Below the pieces are notes generated by a model. That model had not been told where the DNA came from, did not search any database, and saw only the letters and a program-made list of their open reading frames with translations. The position numbers were made by a program, and so were the translations under genes. Shown here in pieces: positions 1-21,808 of a DNA stretch of 64,000 bases (its first letter is position 1; every line of letters starts with the position of its first letter). This DNA comes from the human T2T-CHM13v2.0 reference genome, Homo sapiens: the NCBI RefSeq assembly GCF_009914755.1, contig NC_060930.1; one strand, written 5' to 3'.

Positions 1-46
1 GGTGTTAAAAAACCCAGTATTTTAGGCCACTACATTTAAGGCAATT

Positions 47-1025
47 TTTCATTCAACAGGTATTTATTAAGCACCTACCATAAGTCTGGTGCAGCAAGGC
101 ACTAGGAACATAAGCAAGGCTGAGTAACCTAAGGTATAAGCTTTGAATGTAGTGATCAAGGGGTAGAATTCAAGCTGAGACCCAAAGATGGAAAAGAACC
201 AGCCACAGAAATTTTGATCAGGAATAATAGCTTTCAGGTAGAGAAACAGGCATGTGTAAATTTCCTGAAGCATGAAAGAGCTTAGTGTGTATGAAAATAA
301 AGAAGTTAGCCAATGAGCTTACTGTCCACTGAGCTAGGGATGAACAGTGCAAATGATGTTGAGAAACTGGGTTAAGCACTGTGATTTAAACCCTTATTTG
401 CCATGGCATGAAGCTTGGATTCCAAAGAAAATGGGGAGACATAAAACCATGGTGGGAATAATATGAAACCGTAGAAGATGAAAAATATGGCTGCTGTGAG
501 GAGGCTGCTGCAGTCAGGGAAACAGTCAGTGATGGTGGTCTGGATAGGGTGGGTTCAGAAGAGCTAGAGAAGCATGACGGTTTGAGGCTTGCCAAGAGTT
601 TGGGTGCGGGTAGTGAAGGAGAGAGAATACTGCAGGTCTCTGTTTTGAGGATAGACAACAGTGAAGGAAGAGCTGTATAGTGGCAGGCAGAGGGTTATGT
701 CAATTTTAGACAAGGATGAGTTTGAAGTGCTTATCAAGAAAGCTTAAACCTGTGTGTTTGAAGCTGATCAGAGATATTTGAGGGTCATTGGCACATAGAC
801 ACCGTGAGCGTCCTGTACAGAGTTCCAAGGAACATAACATCACAGGTCTGACAAAGGAGGTGGAGATGAGCAAATGAGAATGAAAAGGCTTTTATGGTGA
901 GGAAAATCAGAGCAATGTGATATCATGGAAGCTATAAGAAGAGAGTGTTTGCGAATATAATTGTGTTGATTGCGGCCAAGGGTCAGAGAAAGATAAGTCT
1001 AAAGAAGTGTTTATTAGATTTGACT
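47..1025 (-). mobile_element. L2 LINE fragment (3' end)
   Basis: Begins with the reversed L2 tail ttcattcaacaggtatttattaagcacctac, followed by typical purine-rich L2 body. Confidence 0.7.
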
Positions 1026-1029
1026 TGTA

Positions 1030-2955
1030 TATTTTGAAACCATATTGCTGGTGCTTATGTGTTGGCATTCATTCTCGTTTTTGAGTTTTTAGAAGCTTTA
1101 TCAGCATATATAATCATTTCTTAACTTAAGGTTTTTCTCTTGAGTATTAAAATAGTGACTTTATATTTATAATTTCTAATTCTTGTTTTCCTAGATGTAT
1201 CTTTTACTGCTACTTTCCTTTTTTTCATACCCTTTTGTCTAATTTTCTCAGAGCAGCATATTTCTGCATATAATTTTTACATTCAATTAGATTCTATTTA
1301 CCAGGGACTTTAAGCCATTTATAATTATTGCAATTCTTGTTATGTTAGGGTGAATTTTTGCTATCTTATTTCATGTTTTCTATTTAAAATGTTTTTATTT
1401 CTCTTGTTTTTTTCTGCTTTCCTTAGGCAATTTTGATATTTACTAGTTTGAACATTTTGAAAATTTTACTTTATACCTTGTTACTTCTGGTAGTTACATA
1501 TACATTATTAAAGACAATTATTATGCTTAATTTTGTATCAATTTTAAAACATGTAAATGCCTTTTCCCACAATTTTGTAAGTACTATAGCACTTTTCACT
1601 TTCTACTTGTTTTTAATCAACCTGTATATACAAACACAAGCACATACATATACAATTTATTAGTATTGTTTTGAACTTTATGTCTGAACACTTCTTTATC
1701 TTTCCTTTGTTTGGATACTTATTTCTGATTTAGATCCTTATTTTGCACACATTCAAAGCTTTTTCCTGGATTTATTGTTTTTCCTGTTGGAATCTTGCTT
1801 CAAGTTGTATAAAGCAAGATCTTTTTGTGTAGATTTTGTGAACTCTGTTCATGATAACATCTTTATTTTGTCTTTTCATTTAAATTATAGTTTTGCTGCG
1901 AATAAAATTGTAGGTACTCTTTCTTCAACATTTTCCCCCAGGCTTCTTTGTCTTCAACAACATACTTACGAAGTATTTTGTCAGCATGATACTTGGTCCT
2001 CTGCTATAGAGTGATCATTTACAGAATTGCTCTATAGTTTTTAAAACTTTATGTATGATCTTACAGATATTTTTTATGGTGTATTTAGGTATGCATTTTT
2101 TTCTTACATATTTTGATTGTTACCTTCTATGACCTTTCACATGAAGTGTTCAATCTTTTCTTCCCCTTACATTTTCGGTAACTTTTGATCATTATTTTTA
2201 CAAATATTTATTCCCACATGGGACTCTCACAATACTGATTTTGTCACTTTTGATTCTGTATTTCATGTCTCTTACTCTTCATATTTTTCTATTTATTATT
2301 TTCTGATTCCTTCAAGAGGAATCCTTGATCTAATATTCCAGTTCAAGATTTTGGTCAGTATCTATTCTTTCCTTCAATTCCTGTATTACATTCTTTGTTG
2401 AAGCTAACATAGCTTTTTCTTCTAAATCAGATTTATTGAGGTAATATTTAATCACTGTAAACTCCATCCTTTTAGTTTACAGCTCTGAGTTTTGACAAAA
2501 GAATCCAATCATATAATTACTACCACATTCCAAACAAAACATTTCCATCAACTGAAAAAGTTCCTTGTGCTCCTTTTTAGTATATACTTTCCTCCAATCC
2601 AAGTCCTGAGAAACCACTTATCTTTTCATGTGTTCTTATGCTTTTGCCTTTTCAAGAATATCATATAAATGTAATTATATAGTCTGTAGTCACTTTAGCC
2701 TCTACTTAGTAGAAGGCATTTGAAATTCATCCATATTATTGCATGGATCAGTAGCTCTTTTTTTTTTAATTGCTGATTAGTAGTCCACTGTGTGGATGTT
2801 CCATCCTTTATTAATCTGTTCACCAGTTAATAGATGGCTGGGTTATTTCTAATTCGGAGCTATTACTAATAAAGCTGCCAAGAACATTTGTAAACAAGAC
2901 TTTGTATGGATATATGATTTCACTTATCTTGGGTAAATACTTAGGAGTGGAATAG
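1030..2955 (-). mobile_element. Ancient L1M fragments (including an L1MD/ME-like 3' end at ~2425-2955)
   Basis: T-rich antisense L1 composition; the motifs tttattgaggtaatattta...cttgggtaaatacttaggagtggaat are typical of an L1M 3' UTR. Confidence 0.6.
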
Positions 2956-3722
2956 AGGAAACATTGTTTTCTTTTATAGTATTTAAGTTTTTCAGATGTC
3001 TTATTATGTTTCCATGGAAACTCAAATTTCCCTGAGCATGTCAGCTAAGTTGGGTGTATATATGCCTGGTGCCTGGGGTGGCAGGTCCTGAAGCCCAAGT
3101 CCTAGCACTTGCCAGTTCTGGTGAGGTTTATTTATTTATTCTTTAAGAGCAGGAGGAGCATGTGCTTCAGAAGGGAGAAGCGCCATAGTATCAACCAGTT
3201 CCCACTTGCCACTTCCTCTCCACCCTGGTGACCCTGACCCTATTTCTGCCTCCCTGCACCTCTGCTTATGGTATATTCTTCTCTTCCAATAGCTGTCCCA
3301 GTCGTCATTGCTGAGAAGGGATCAAGGGAAAGATTCATCAGAAGCTAGCCAGTTGTTGAAACCTATAGTTAACTATTTTCTCCCCAAAGGCTGAAGGACC
3401 ACTTTGATATTGTCTTCATCGTTACCTCTTTACAACCCTCAGATTTTAGCCCCTCAGTTCACCCCATTGATCTCCTTATCTCTGTTGTTTAAATGTGTTG
3501 TGGCATGAGAAAGCAGGTATAGAATACGTAAAAACAGAACAAAACAAAACAACTATTTTGAAATGTTTGGCCGTTAAAAGGAAAAGGAAATTAGGTTGGT
3601 AGTGAGGTCAAGAAAGAACTTTTTGTTTTGTGAAGCTGAAAATGACAAGATCAAATTTGCATACTGTGGCATTGGTCTTAGTAGAGAAAGAAGTACTAAT
3701 TCTAGAGAAGAAAGGGAAATAA

Positions 3723-4079
3723 AGGTCTGAATATTTGTGCCCCACCCACCCACTCAGAATTCATATGTTGAAATATATGAAGGTATTAGGAGGTGGGGCC
3801 ATTAGAAAATGATTGGGTTGTGAGGATGGGGACCTTATGAATGGGATAAGTTCCCTTACAAAACAGTCCAGAGAGAAACCTCTTACCCTTTCCACCATGT
3901 AAAGACATGCAAGATGGCACCATCTATGAACCAGAAGTGGTCCCTCACCAGACACCAAATCTGCTAGTGCCTGGATTTTAGACCTCCCAGCCTCCAGAAC
4001 TGTGGAAAATAAATTTCTGTTGTTTATAAGCCACCCAGTCAATAATATTTTGTTATAGCGGCCCAAATGTGCTAAGACC
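3723..4079 (+). mobile_element. MLT1A-type MaLR solo LTR
   Basis: aattcatatgttgaaa...ggtattaggaggtggggcc...cccagcctccagaactgtg...aataaatttctgttgtttataagccaccc...ctaagac. Confidence 0.85.
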
Positions 4080-4379
4080 ATTTGCTAAGAAGCTGGAAAT
4101 GTCCTCCATTGTAACAGGATGGAAAATAAAGGACATGACAGCTACAGATGCAAGAATGTTTGTAGTTTGGTGGAAGAGAAATAATTTTATAACCAATATC
4201 TTTAGTTATTTCATAACTAATACCTTTCAATGAAGTAAAATGTAAGATCATTAACCAAGATTAAGGGGAGAAGTTGTGATGGGGATGAATTTGAAAAAGT
4301 TAAAAAAAGTTTATATATTCTACTTTCAATTCCTTTTCTCCAGTTTCCTCTTAGATCCCCTTTTTTTATGTCACCAAAA

Positions 4380-6623
4380 CCCCTTTTTCCAAGGTTCCTC
4401 AAGTCCTCTGCATTGCAATAAACCCAGTCCTGAGTTGAGATGACAGCAACAGAACTTGAGATAGTTGCTCACACCCTCCTCTTTGATATATTTTCCTCTA
4501 GAGTATTTTAGAACTCCATAGTCTCTCTGTTTTTCCTCTATCTCCCTTTTTTATTATCATTTCTTAGTCTCCTTTGCTGGTTCATCTTCTTCTTCCCAAA
4601 CTGTTAATGTTGGGATGCTCTAGTCATGAGTCCTCAAACTTCTCATTCCTCTCTATATTCATTCCTTTGGTGATCTCACCCTGTTTTATGTTATAAAAAC
4701 TAACTACATATATGCCGACAACTCTATTTCTAGTCCAGGATTCTTTCTCAAACTGCAGACTTCCAAATACCTATCTTCATTTCCATTTATACTTCTAACA
4801 AATGTCTTATCCTCAATATGCATACAAATAAAATCTAGATTTTCTCCCACAAAATGATTCCATATGTTGCCTTCTCATCTCTGTTGGTAGAATTTCGCTC
4901 TTTCATTTGCTCAAGGCCGAAAACTTTGGTGTCATGTTTTATTCTTCTCTTTCTCTCACATTTCACATCTCTTCTGCTAGAAATCCTATTTCTATAGCTT
5001 CAGAATATGTCGACTATGATTATGCCACGGCTTCTGCACTACTGAGCCACCGTGTTTTGTTGGATAGTACAAGAGTTTTGTCCCTATACCCCTGACTCAC
5101 AATAGTTTATTCTTAACACATCAAACGCAGAAAACCTTTTAAAGCTTAGGTCAGATCATGACCCTCCTCTATTTAAAACCAGAAGTGCTTACGCATTTCA
5201 AACCTCAGAATATAAGCAAAGTCCTCACAAGGTCCTGTATGGTCTGGTGCCCCAATACTTCTGTGACTGGCTTTCTTCCAACTCTCTCCTTTACTCACTC
5301 CATCCCAGCCTGGTAGCCTCCTTGTTGTGCCTTGGATATGTCAAGCATGCCCCTGTCTTAGCACATTTAGTTTCTTTTCAAATCAGTTATATCAGTGATC
5401 ATTTTATAGTTTCTAGCATACTGTGAAAAATTTTCAGCTTAACCTTTATCTCCAAAATCATGGTTAAGTATGGTTGTTTTCAGTCTGGTTCTGAAAAGAC
5501 ACATTTCTTAATCTCTGTGGGTCTTTTTTGGTTGTTTATTATTTCTGCTCATCCTCATTCACATTGTCTTGCCTTTTTGTGTATCTGAATCTGATTGTAT
5601 GCTAGATATCCTATTTGAAAATTTCTTAATAGAAATGGAGACTTCAGATGATATTACCTTTTATAGAAAGTCTTTTCTTTGTTTCTGTCAGACATTGGGA
5701 GCACTAGCCAGAAAAAACTACCTGAATTTAATTTAAGTTTCTGAGATTATTTTTTCTAGACAGTCATCTTCAGATGATTTGATACCAGGCTGAAGACCAT
5801 GTGTCTTCTGGGTCACTCTTACTCCTAGGGGCTCAATCTGTTTTTGGCAAGTCCTGGTTGACTTTCTCTCTCTATACCCGTGAGATATCAAAAGTTTGGG
5901 TTAGCTTCTCAAGCAACTCATCATTATTTGCAAACATCCCCAGGGCAAAAGCAGTTCTGAAATGCTGGGCTTCTCTCTTCAGGTTCCCATCCTCTTTTGA
6001 TTTTGCCCAGTAACTATTCACTTTCTTTTTAGTTCATTGATGTTTTTGATTAAATATTTTTCAATATATTGGTCAGATTTTTTATTGTCCTTTATGGAAA
6101 GATTACTTCCAGTTTTCTATCCAACATTCTCAGAGGAGAAAATCCACCTTAGAAACTTTGCACTTGTTCCCTCTTGTTGGAATGCTCTTTATCTAGAATA
6201 CTACCTACTCAACTCCCTTACTCCTTCAAGTCTTTGAAGTCTCCTTCAAATGTCACCTTCTCAACATTGATCATCTAATTTAAAATTGTAGACTCCCAGC
6301 ACTCTTGACCTCCTTAACATCTAGGTGTTCCAGAAAAATACAAGGTATTTTGTAGAAGCAAATAAATTTTTATCTGGAAGCGTATATTACCCTGGGCTTC
6401 AAATTATTTCTACTCTTTTTCATTGCATTTATTCCTTTCTAACATATAATTCACGTATTTATGATTTCATTGCTTATTTCTTTTCTTCCAGAATGTGAAC
6501 TCCTCAATGGCAGGACATCTTTGTCTCTTCTGTTCACCAATAAGTCCCAGGGGTGTAGAACAGTGACTGGCACACACAGTAGATACACAAATATGTATTG
6601 AGTGGATGAATGGATGAATGAAT
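4380..6623 (+). mobile_element. L2a LINE, split by an unrelated old insert at ~5365-6140
   Basis: L2 body motifs (ctcaaggccgaaaactttggtgtcatg, tcagatcatgaccctcctct) and terminal gatgaatggatgaatgaat. Confidence 0.7.
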
Positions 6624-7495
6624 CAAATAGCTATTTCATCTCAGAAAGTGGGCCTACAAAAGAAAAATTTCGGGCAGTACTGAATGCACATTTGAAATTG
6701 ATAATTGTTAATTTAAAATAAAATTAATTAGTTTGTTTGAAAGAGTTTCTCCAACAATGTTTTGCTTCTCAGATACAAGTATGGAGAAAAATGGATGGTA
6801 AGGTCAATTTAGGGTTGAGGTCTTTTTTTTTTTTTTTTTTTTGTAAGTGAACTGGTCACAGGAAGAGAGGAAGATTAAAAAAAGTGAAAGTATTAAAATG
6901 GCTTATAATATTAAATAATATGAGATAAGAGTTAAAGCCAGAATAAAGCTGATGAAGGTCAGTGATTTGGAAGTCCCAATGATGTGGATGTTGCACTAGT
7001 AGCACTAGAGAAATGAAGATGGTGGATAGGAGGTAGAGTTCTGAGTGTGGGACATTTGTAATTGAAATTTCTGACAGTTTCTGTTTTACTGGTGAAGGTA
7101 AAGTTAAGGAGCTTTCTGGGAGTGAATGATTGAATTGGAGTAGATGAGAACATCTTTGTAATTGAGGAGCTCAAAAAATGGAAAAGACAGAGATTTCTAC
7201 ATGAATTTTGAAACAGGCAAAAATTATGGAAGAAACATGAGGAAAGAACTATTATGATCCATGAGTTGACATCATCAATAAATAAGGAGAAATTACCAGA
7301 AAGCTGATAAAGTCAGTGAGAAGAATAATCAAGTGATATCATTTTATAAAATAATTTTCTAAAAAATGATATTGTATAGAGAGAGCAATGTTTAGAAAGT
7401 CTCAATTGAGAAGAAGGTGAACACATTCCAGAAGTTGAGTCTATTATTATTTACTTTATTATTTCAGATGTATAATTGTTTTTATTTTCATACAG

Positions 7496-7540
7496 ACTCC
7501 TACAACTCTTCCAAGAGCAGCTGGTCGAGAAACCAAATAT
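7496..7540 (+). CDS. MLIP: MLIP internal coding microexon (45 nt, phase 0/0): TPTTLPRAAGRETKY
   Basis: Acceptor ttttattttcatacAG and donor GTAAGT. Open 15-codon frame that joins in frame to the next two exons. Peptide recognised from memory as the MLIP C-terminal region. Confidence 0.9.
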
Positions 7541-8544
7541 GTAAGTACCTTTATAATTATACACACTGCTTTTCAAATGGGTGCCTGTGTATGCTTTAGA
7601 GAGAACACTATTATACAGTAATTTAAATAGAATTAATTGTTTTTTTATAAGTTGAAGGGTAGGATGATATGATTGCAGATACAGAAAATCAGGTTATGTC
7701 AGAGATAAAACATCAGGTAAGCTTATCAAATAAATTTGTCCTTAAGTGAGGTCTAGTTGGATTAGTTTAGCTAAATAGAACTGCCACACCTGCTTCCTGA
7801 TTTTCTAGTTATCAACACTTAGATGACATTTTCATTTTTGTAATGGTTTATTATGCTTATAGAATAGTCAACTCATATACTTGAAACATTAAGATTTGTC
7901 CATTTCTAATGGGATTGCCAGTTTAATCAACTTTGACTCTTTTGTTGCTTTCCTTCATTTAAATTGTTAACAAATAAACCAATTTCCACTTATGAGCAAA
8001 AGTGGATAGATATAGTGGATAGATATAGACTCACATTCAATTCAAATAATTATGAGTAGCTGGCTCTGAGTGTGTTAGACATACACCTGCATAGCCTCAT
8101 CCCAAGGCCAGTGTTCACTCACCTAATAATTGTATTTTCCATCATGTGGTCAACTTCTGCTTCTGACCAAACGTATTCTAGTAGAAACAAGATTATCTCC
8201 TTAGTAAGTGTTTAGTGTTAAGTCTAAAACAAATTAGTAAACTATTCCATTTAAGTTACACATTTGTAGTTTTTATCATAATTATGAAGAGTAAATAGTT
8301 ATTAAATGTGTATTTTGTGTCATATCATCATTGTAATTTATACAGTTCTGCCTTCATTTGAATCTCCCCAAGGCAAGTAATAAACTGGGTGAAATTACTA
8401 AATTTTATCACATCCAGAAAATTATGTTTAGAGGATGTGGGTAGGAACACTGCTTAGAGCATTTCCTGGAAGTTTCGCTGTTATTTTTCATTATTATTGG
8501 AAGCCATTTGGAGTAATACTTAAAAAGAATGAAGGCATTAGTAG

Positions 8545-8740
8545 ACTAGACCCGAGTTTAAAATCACAGTGTTGCTTTTAGATAACTGTCTGATTCTGGG
8601 AAAATTACTCACCATTTTACCTTTCTGTGCCTTTGTTTCTTCATCTATGAAATGGGGATACTAATAATTTTCTTATGTAAGATTTGTATTAGCTAATCTA
8701 CGAAAAGCCCTTAATGGAATTCTGATACAAAGGAATTGCT
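8545..8740 (+). mobile_element. MIR
   Basis: MIR core ctttctgtgcctttgtttcttcatctatgaaatggggatactaata. Confidence 0.65.
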
Positions 8741-10147
8741 CAATAACTAAAAGCTTTTCCTTTCCTTTCCCTTTTTCCTTTATTCATATCTCCTTTCTTC
8801 TCTTCCTCTTATCTATCTTTGGAAGACTAGAAATATCTTGATTTAATTGAGTTCCTTGAGTCGTTAGTGGGTACAAGAAAAGAAAGTTTCCTAAAGGTGT
8901 TTCTATACTTTTTGTGACTAATACATTTTACAAGAGCCAGACCCCCCAAAAAAGTTGCTGCAATTTTTGCTCTCTCTCCTTCTTCTTTTATCTACTCTTG
9001 CCTTTCAGCAAAATGTCTCTAATTAGATTAGTTTTCAATAGGTTCAAAGGGTTGATGTCATTATCCATTCCTCTCTGGGAGGGGTTAATTTGGTAGCAAT
9101 TGAAATGATTCTGGAGCGGCTTCTTCAATCTCCATAGTTAGAAATTATTTCAAAGTATTATTTACTTTCAATCAACTATCAGATTTAATTAAAGTAGGTT
9201 AACTTTCATGCCCTTAATGTTGTGAGAGCCTTTAAGTCATTCAAAGCTAAGAATGAACCATCAAACAGGTTCAGTATAGGCTAGAACAAATATAAACTCT
9301 AATGCAGATAAGATTCTTGACCTTAATTAAAATTCGTTTCCTATGTAAGAAGCTTTGTTTTCACTTTATTTTACAACATGACATTTGAATTGTTGTTTGT
9401 GGCCACTAAAACACGTCCACGTCTTTTGGAAGACCATAAAGGATCATTTTACAATGAAAGGTCAAAACTAGTTTGGCGCCAACTCTCGGGTTAGTCATAT
9501 TTGTACATATTTGGCTGTAGTTATTACAATTTACTAAGTGATGTCTGATACATTTAGTTTGAGGAGAAAAGATTAAATTTTAGAGCAGAAGTTCACTTTA
9601 GCTATAAGCTTTGGTCTTAAATGAACAAGAGCTTATCTTGTATGTCTTAAATACAATATGTTCTGTTTTTTTAAAAGAATGATACTGTAATATTTTCTTC
9701 TAAAAATTCTAATATTCATATTGACTGAGCTATGGGATGTCTCACTTTAAGTATGAGTTTACTAGCTATGATTTAATTAATTAATTTATCACTATATATT
9801 TCTCTCTTCTCCCATGAAAACTAAAAAGCAACTCTGAGAAGTCTATTTCTGAAACATTTCAATATTTCATCATCTGTCTTCAAACTTTGGAGAAAGTTGT
9901 CATCTTCAGAGTATATAACTGCTGGGATTCAGTGCGTCATTGACTTTGTAGATATTCTTAGATTAAACTCAAAAGCAGGGATCGTGCAGGTTACCAACTC
10001 CTATACTACAGAGAAGGTTGAATAAAGGGAAGACATAAATTAGAGCCAAGAAAAAAAAGTTTTGTTACACTTGAGGATATCCTGAACAAGTTAGTACTGA
10101 CTACTGAAAATTCCTATTTCTGAGAGTTCTTTAAAAGTATAATGTAT

Positions 10148-10238
10148 CTGATTACTACACGTTGTATGTCTCAAAACACCACTATGCATCCCATGGATAT
10201 GTACAATTATTACTTGCCAATTAAAAAATAAAATTTAA
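10148..10238 (+). mobile_element. Short L1MA 3'-end fragment
   Basis: cactatgcatcccatggatatgtacaattattacttgccaattaaaaaataaaa. Confidence 0.6.
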
Positions 10239-11550
10239 AAGGTATAGTATATAATCTATGGATCAAGACTATACTAGTCACTATTTCTAGCTCTGTTATT
10301 CAGTTTTCCACCTCTATTCATTGATTCGACAAATATTTATTGAGTGTCTACAGAGTACCATTCACTGAGGAGTCACTGGGGTGCGAAGAGTGAACACAAT
10401 GACAGTATGCCAATTTCTGAAGCATGTATTCCAATGATAAGACAGATAGTAAACAGTTAAAATAGTAAATGAGAAAGACACTTTATTGTAGAAATAGAGA
10501 GGAGGTAGCCAGAGAACCCATTGATGTTAAAACCAACTTACAAATTTGCTAGTTTTCTGTGTATTCATAGGTTTTCCAGTTTTCCTGGGATAATTATAAT
10601 GGTTTAATAAAATAACAAGAAAGTGTATGGCTAATTCCACTTTATAGGCCTTTGTTGAAAGACTGACTTCTCTGGAAAAAAAAAAAGAAAAAAATAAACA
10701 AAGAAAATCAACTCAAAATAATGTTTCTTTCTTTGGGTCTTTATTGCACGTATTGTGACATTTCATACAGTCTGTTTTTTAGGATGAGCCAGGTGCAGTA
10801 AAAGCAACACTAATTCAGACTAATTAAAGTAAAGGTTTTCTCCAGTCCGTGGTCTTCTTAAAATGCAGGCTATTTTACAATAATTTAATTGAGATTCTTT
10901 TAAGTGTAATAGAATTGAAACTAGGCTAACAATATGTTGAATAGGGAGTGAGCCTTAGGTCACTAGCAGGGTTGGTTAATTTATCATTAATATTTCATTT
11001 GATTCTTTTAAAAAGATGCTGAATTCAACAATAATAATAACTAATATTTTGAGCTCTTACCTTGAAAATAGAGCTTGGCTATCTCATTTAAACCATATAT
11101 CAAAGCTATGAGGTGGGTATTCTTATTTTAAAATCTCCATTATACAGAGTGGGAAAACAAGCCTCAGAAATCACAGAGCAGGCAAAACCCAACCCAGATT
11201 TTCTTCATGTCAAAGTTTCTGCCATTTGATACTTCTACATACTTGTAGAAGTATAAGTACATACTGGAAATAGTTTGCATTCTTTAAATATTTTATCCAT
11301 TCATATTTATAGCCTGGGTCCAAATTATTTCTTCATGCCCAATAACCTTCAGCCTAAACTTAGAAGGAATAATTTCATATTTGGTCATATTAACATCTAA
11401 AATGATAGTGATTTGCTGTTTCCAGGGTTTTAAATCATGTGCTTAAATGTACATTAACTCATATCAGATAAGGTATAAGAGTTATTTCTTATGACACTCA
11501 TTTTTAAAGTTTATTTCCTTCGTGTAAATAAATTTCCTTTCTAAGCAAAT

Positions 11551-20574
<9,024 letters not shown>

Positions 20575-21714
20575 AGGGATGAATTATCTATTAACATTCT
20601 ATTTCATTCTATTTTCATTCTATGAACTTTGTAGAGGGAATTTTTTGTCTTTGCATTATATGTGCCCTTCTAAATGTTTATCATTTTTTACTAACTACCA
20701 GTATAAATTCATCACATTTATATAATTCAAAACCATAGTATGCTTTCTTAATAAAGAATAACCTCTGAAAATAGGGTAGTATTTGGTCCTATTACTAATG
20801 CATCAAAAAACTCTTAGTTGGAATCACATTCTATTGATAACAACTTATTTTATAAATCCTCTACATTTTATAAATTACTTTTAAGTGCAGAGGAAATATC
20901 TGAGATGGAATTATTAAATATTAGATAGCATACAGGTAAGATCTCATTTTAGTGAGCTTGAGAGACAGAAAAATGTCATTACAATGGAAGCATATTCCTT
21001 CCAAAATATCAGAGTATATTGAAAAATGTGTCAAACTTTATTAATAATATTTTCCACTATATATACAGATATTCAAATAAAGGTCATCCCAATTTCGCCA
21101 GCTCACACACTCTTCTTGTTGTTATGCTTGGAAACGTTGCTATGCTGGAGTGTTTCAGAGGTGATGTGCAATAATGCAGTCATAGATCTTAGGACGAGAG
21201 GTGAATTACTCCAAATCAGGTCCAGATCTGCTTCAAGGTAGGATGATGCCAGAGATTTGATGAGTTTTAGGAAGAACTGGCAACAATTTAAGCAAGAAAT
21301 TCCACTAGACTGATCATTACTTATTTCATTTTATATTTGTTCAGAAATATTTTTGCATTCTGCTAGATGAGGAGGCAGAGAAGAGATTGAATGAGACAAA
21401 CCTTCTGCTTTGTATCCTTTTCCTTGCCATTTTAGATTTCATCAAATGGGAAGGTGCCTTATTTCAGACAAACTTCTGCTTGATCTGATCTTTTATTTCC
21501 CTATTTGTACATATAAACTATGACTTTTACTGATCACCTATGCCCACTTGTTCCGTCTACCAACTATGTTCATGACAAGTTAGAATCATCATTCCCTATC
21601 TTAAAGAATCAAACTTAAAAAAATTTCTATATCTACTCTTTATATTAGATATTATGAGGGGCGTATTACTAACTTAGAAATGGTCTTTAGTGAGATATTT
21701 AGACAGGGTAAGTT

Positions 21715-21808
21715 TTTTTTTTTTTTTTTTTTTTTTGAGACAGAGTCTCTCTCTGTTACCAGGCTGGAGTGCAGTGGCGCGATCGTGACTCACTGCAACC
21801 TCCGACTC
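21715..21808 (-). mobile_element. Severely 5'-truncated Alu (~70 bp plus tail)
   Basis: Poly-T plus Alu right-arm end; 16-bp TSD ttagacag(g/t)gtaagtt at 21699 and 21809. Confidence 0.9.
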
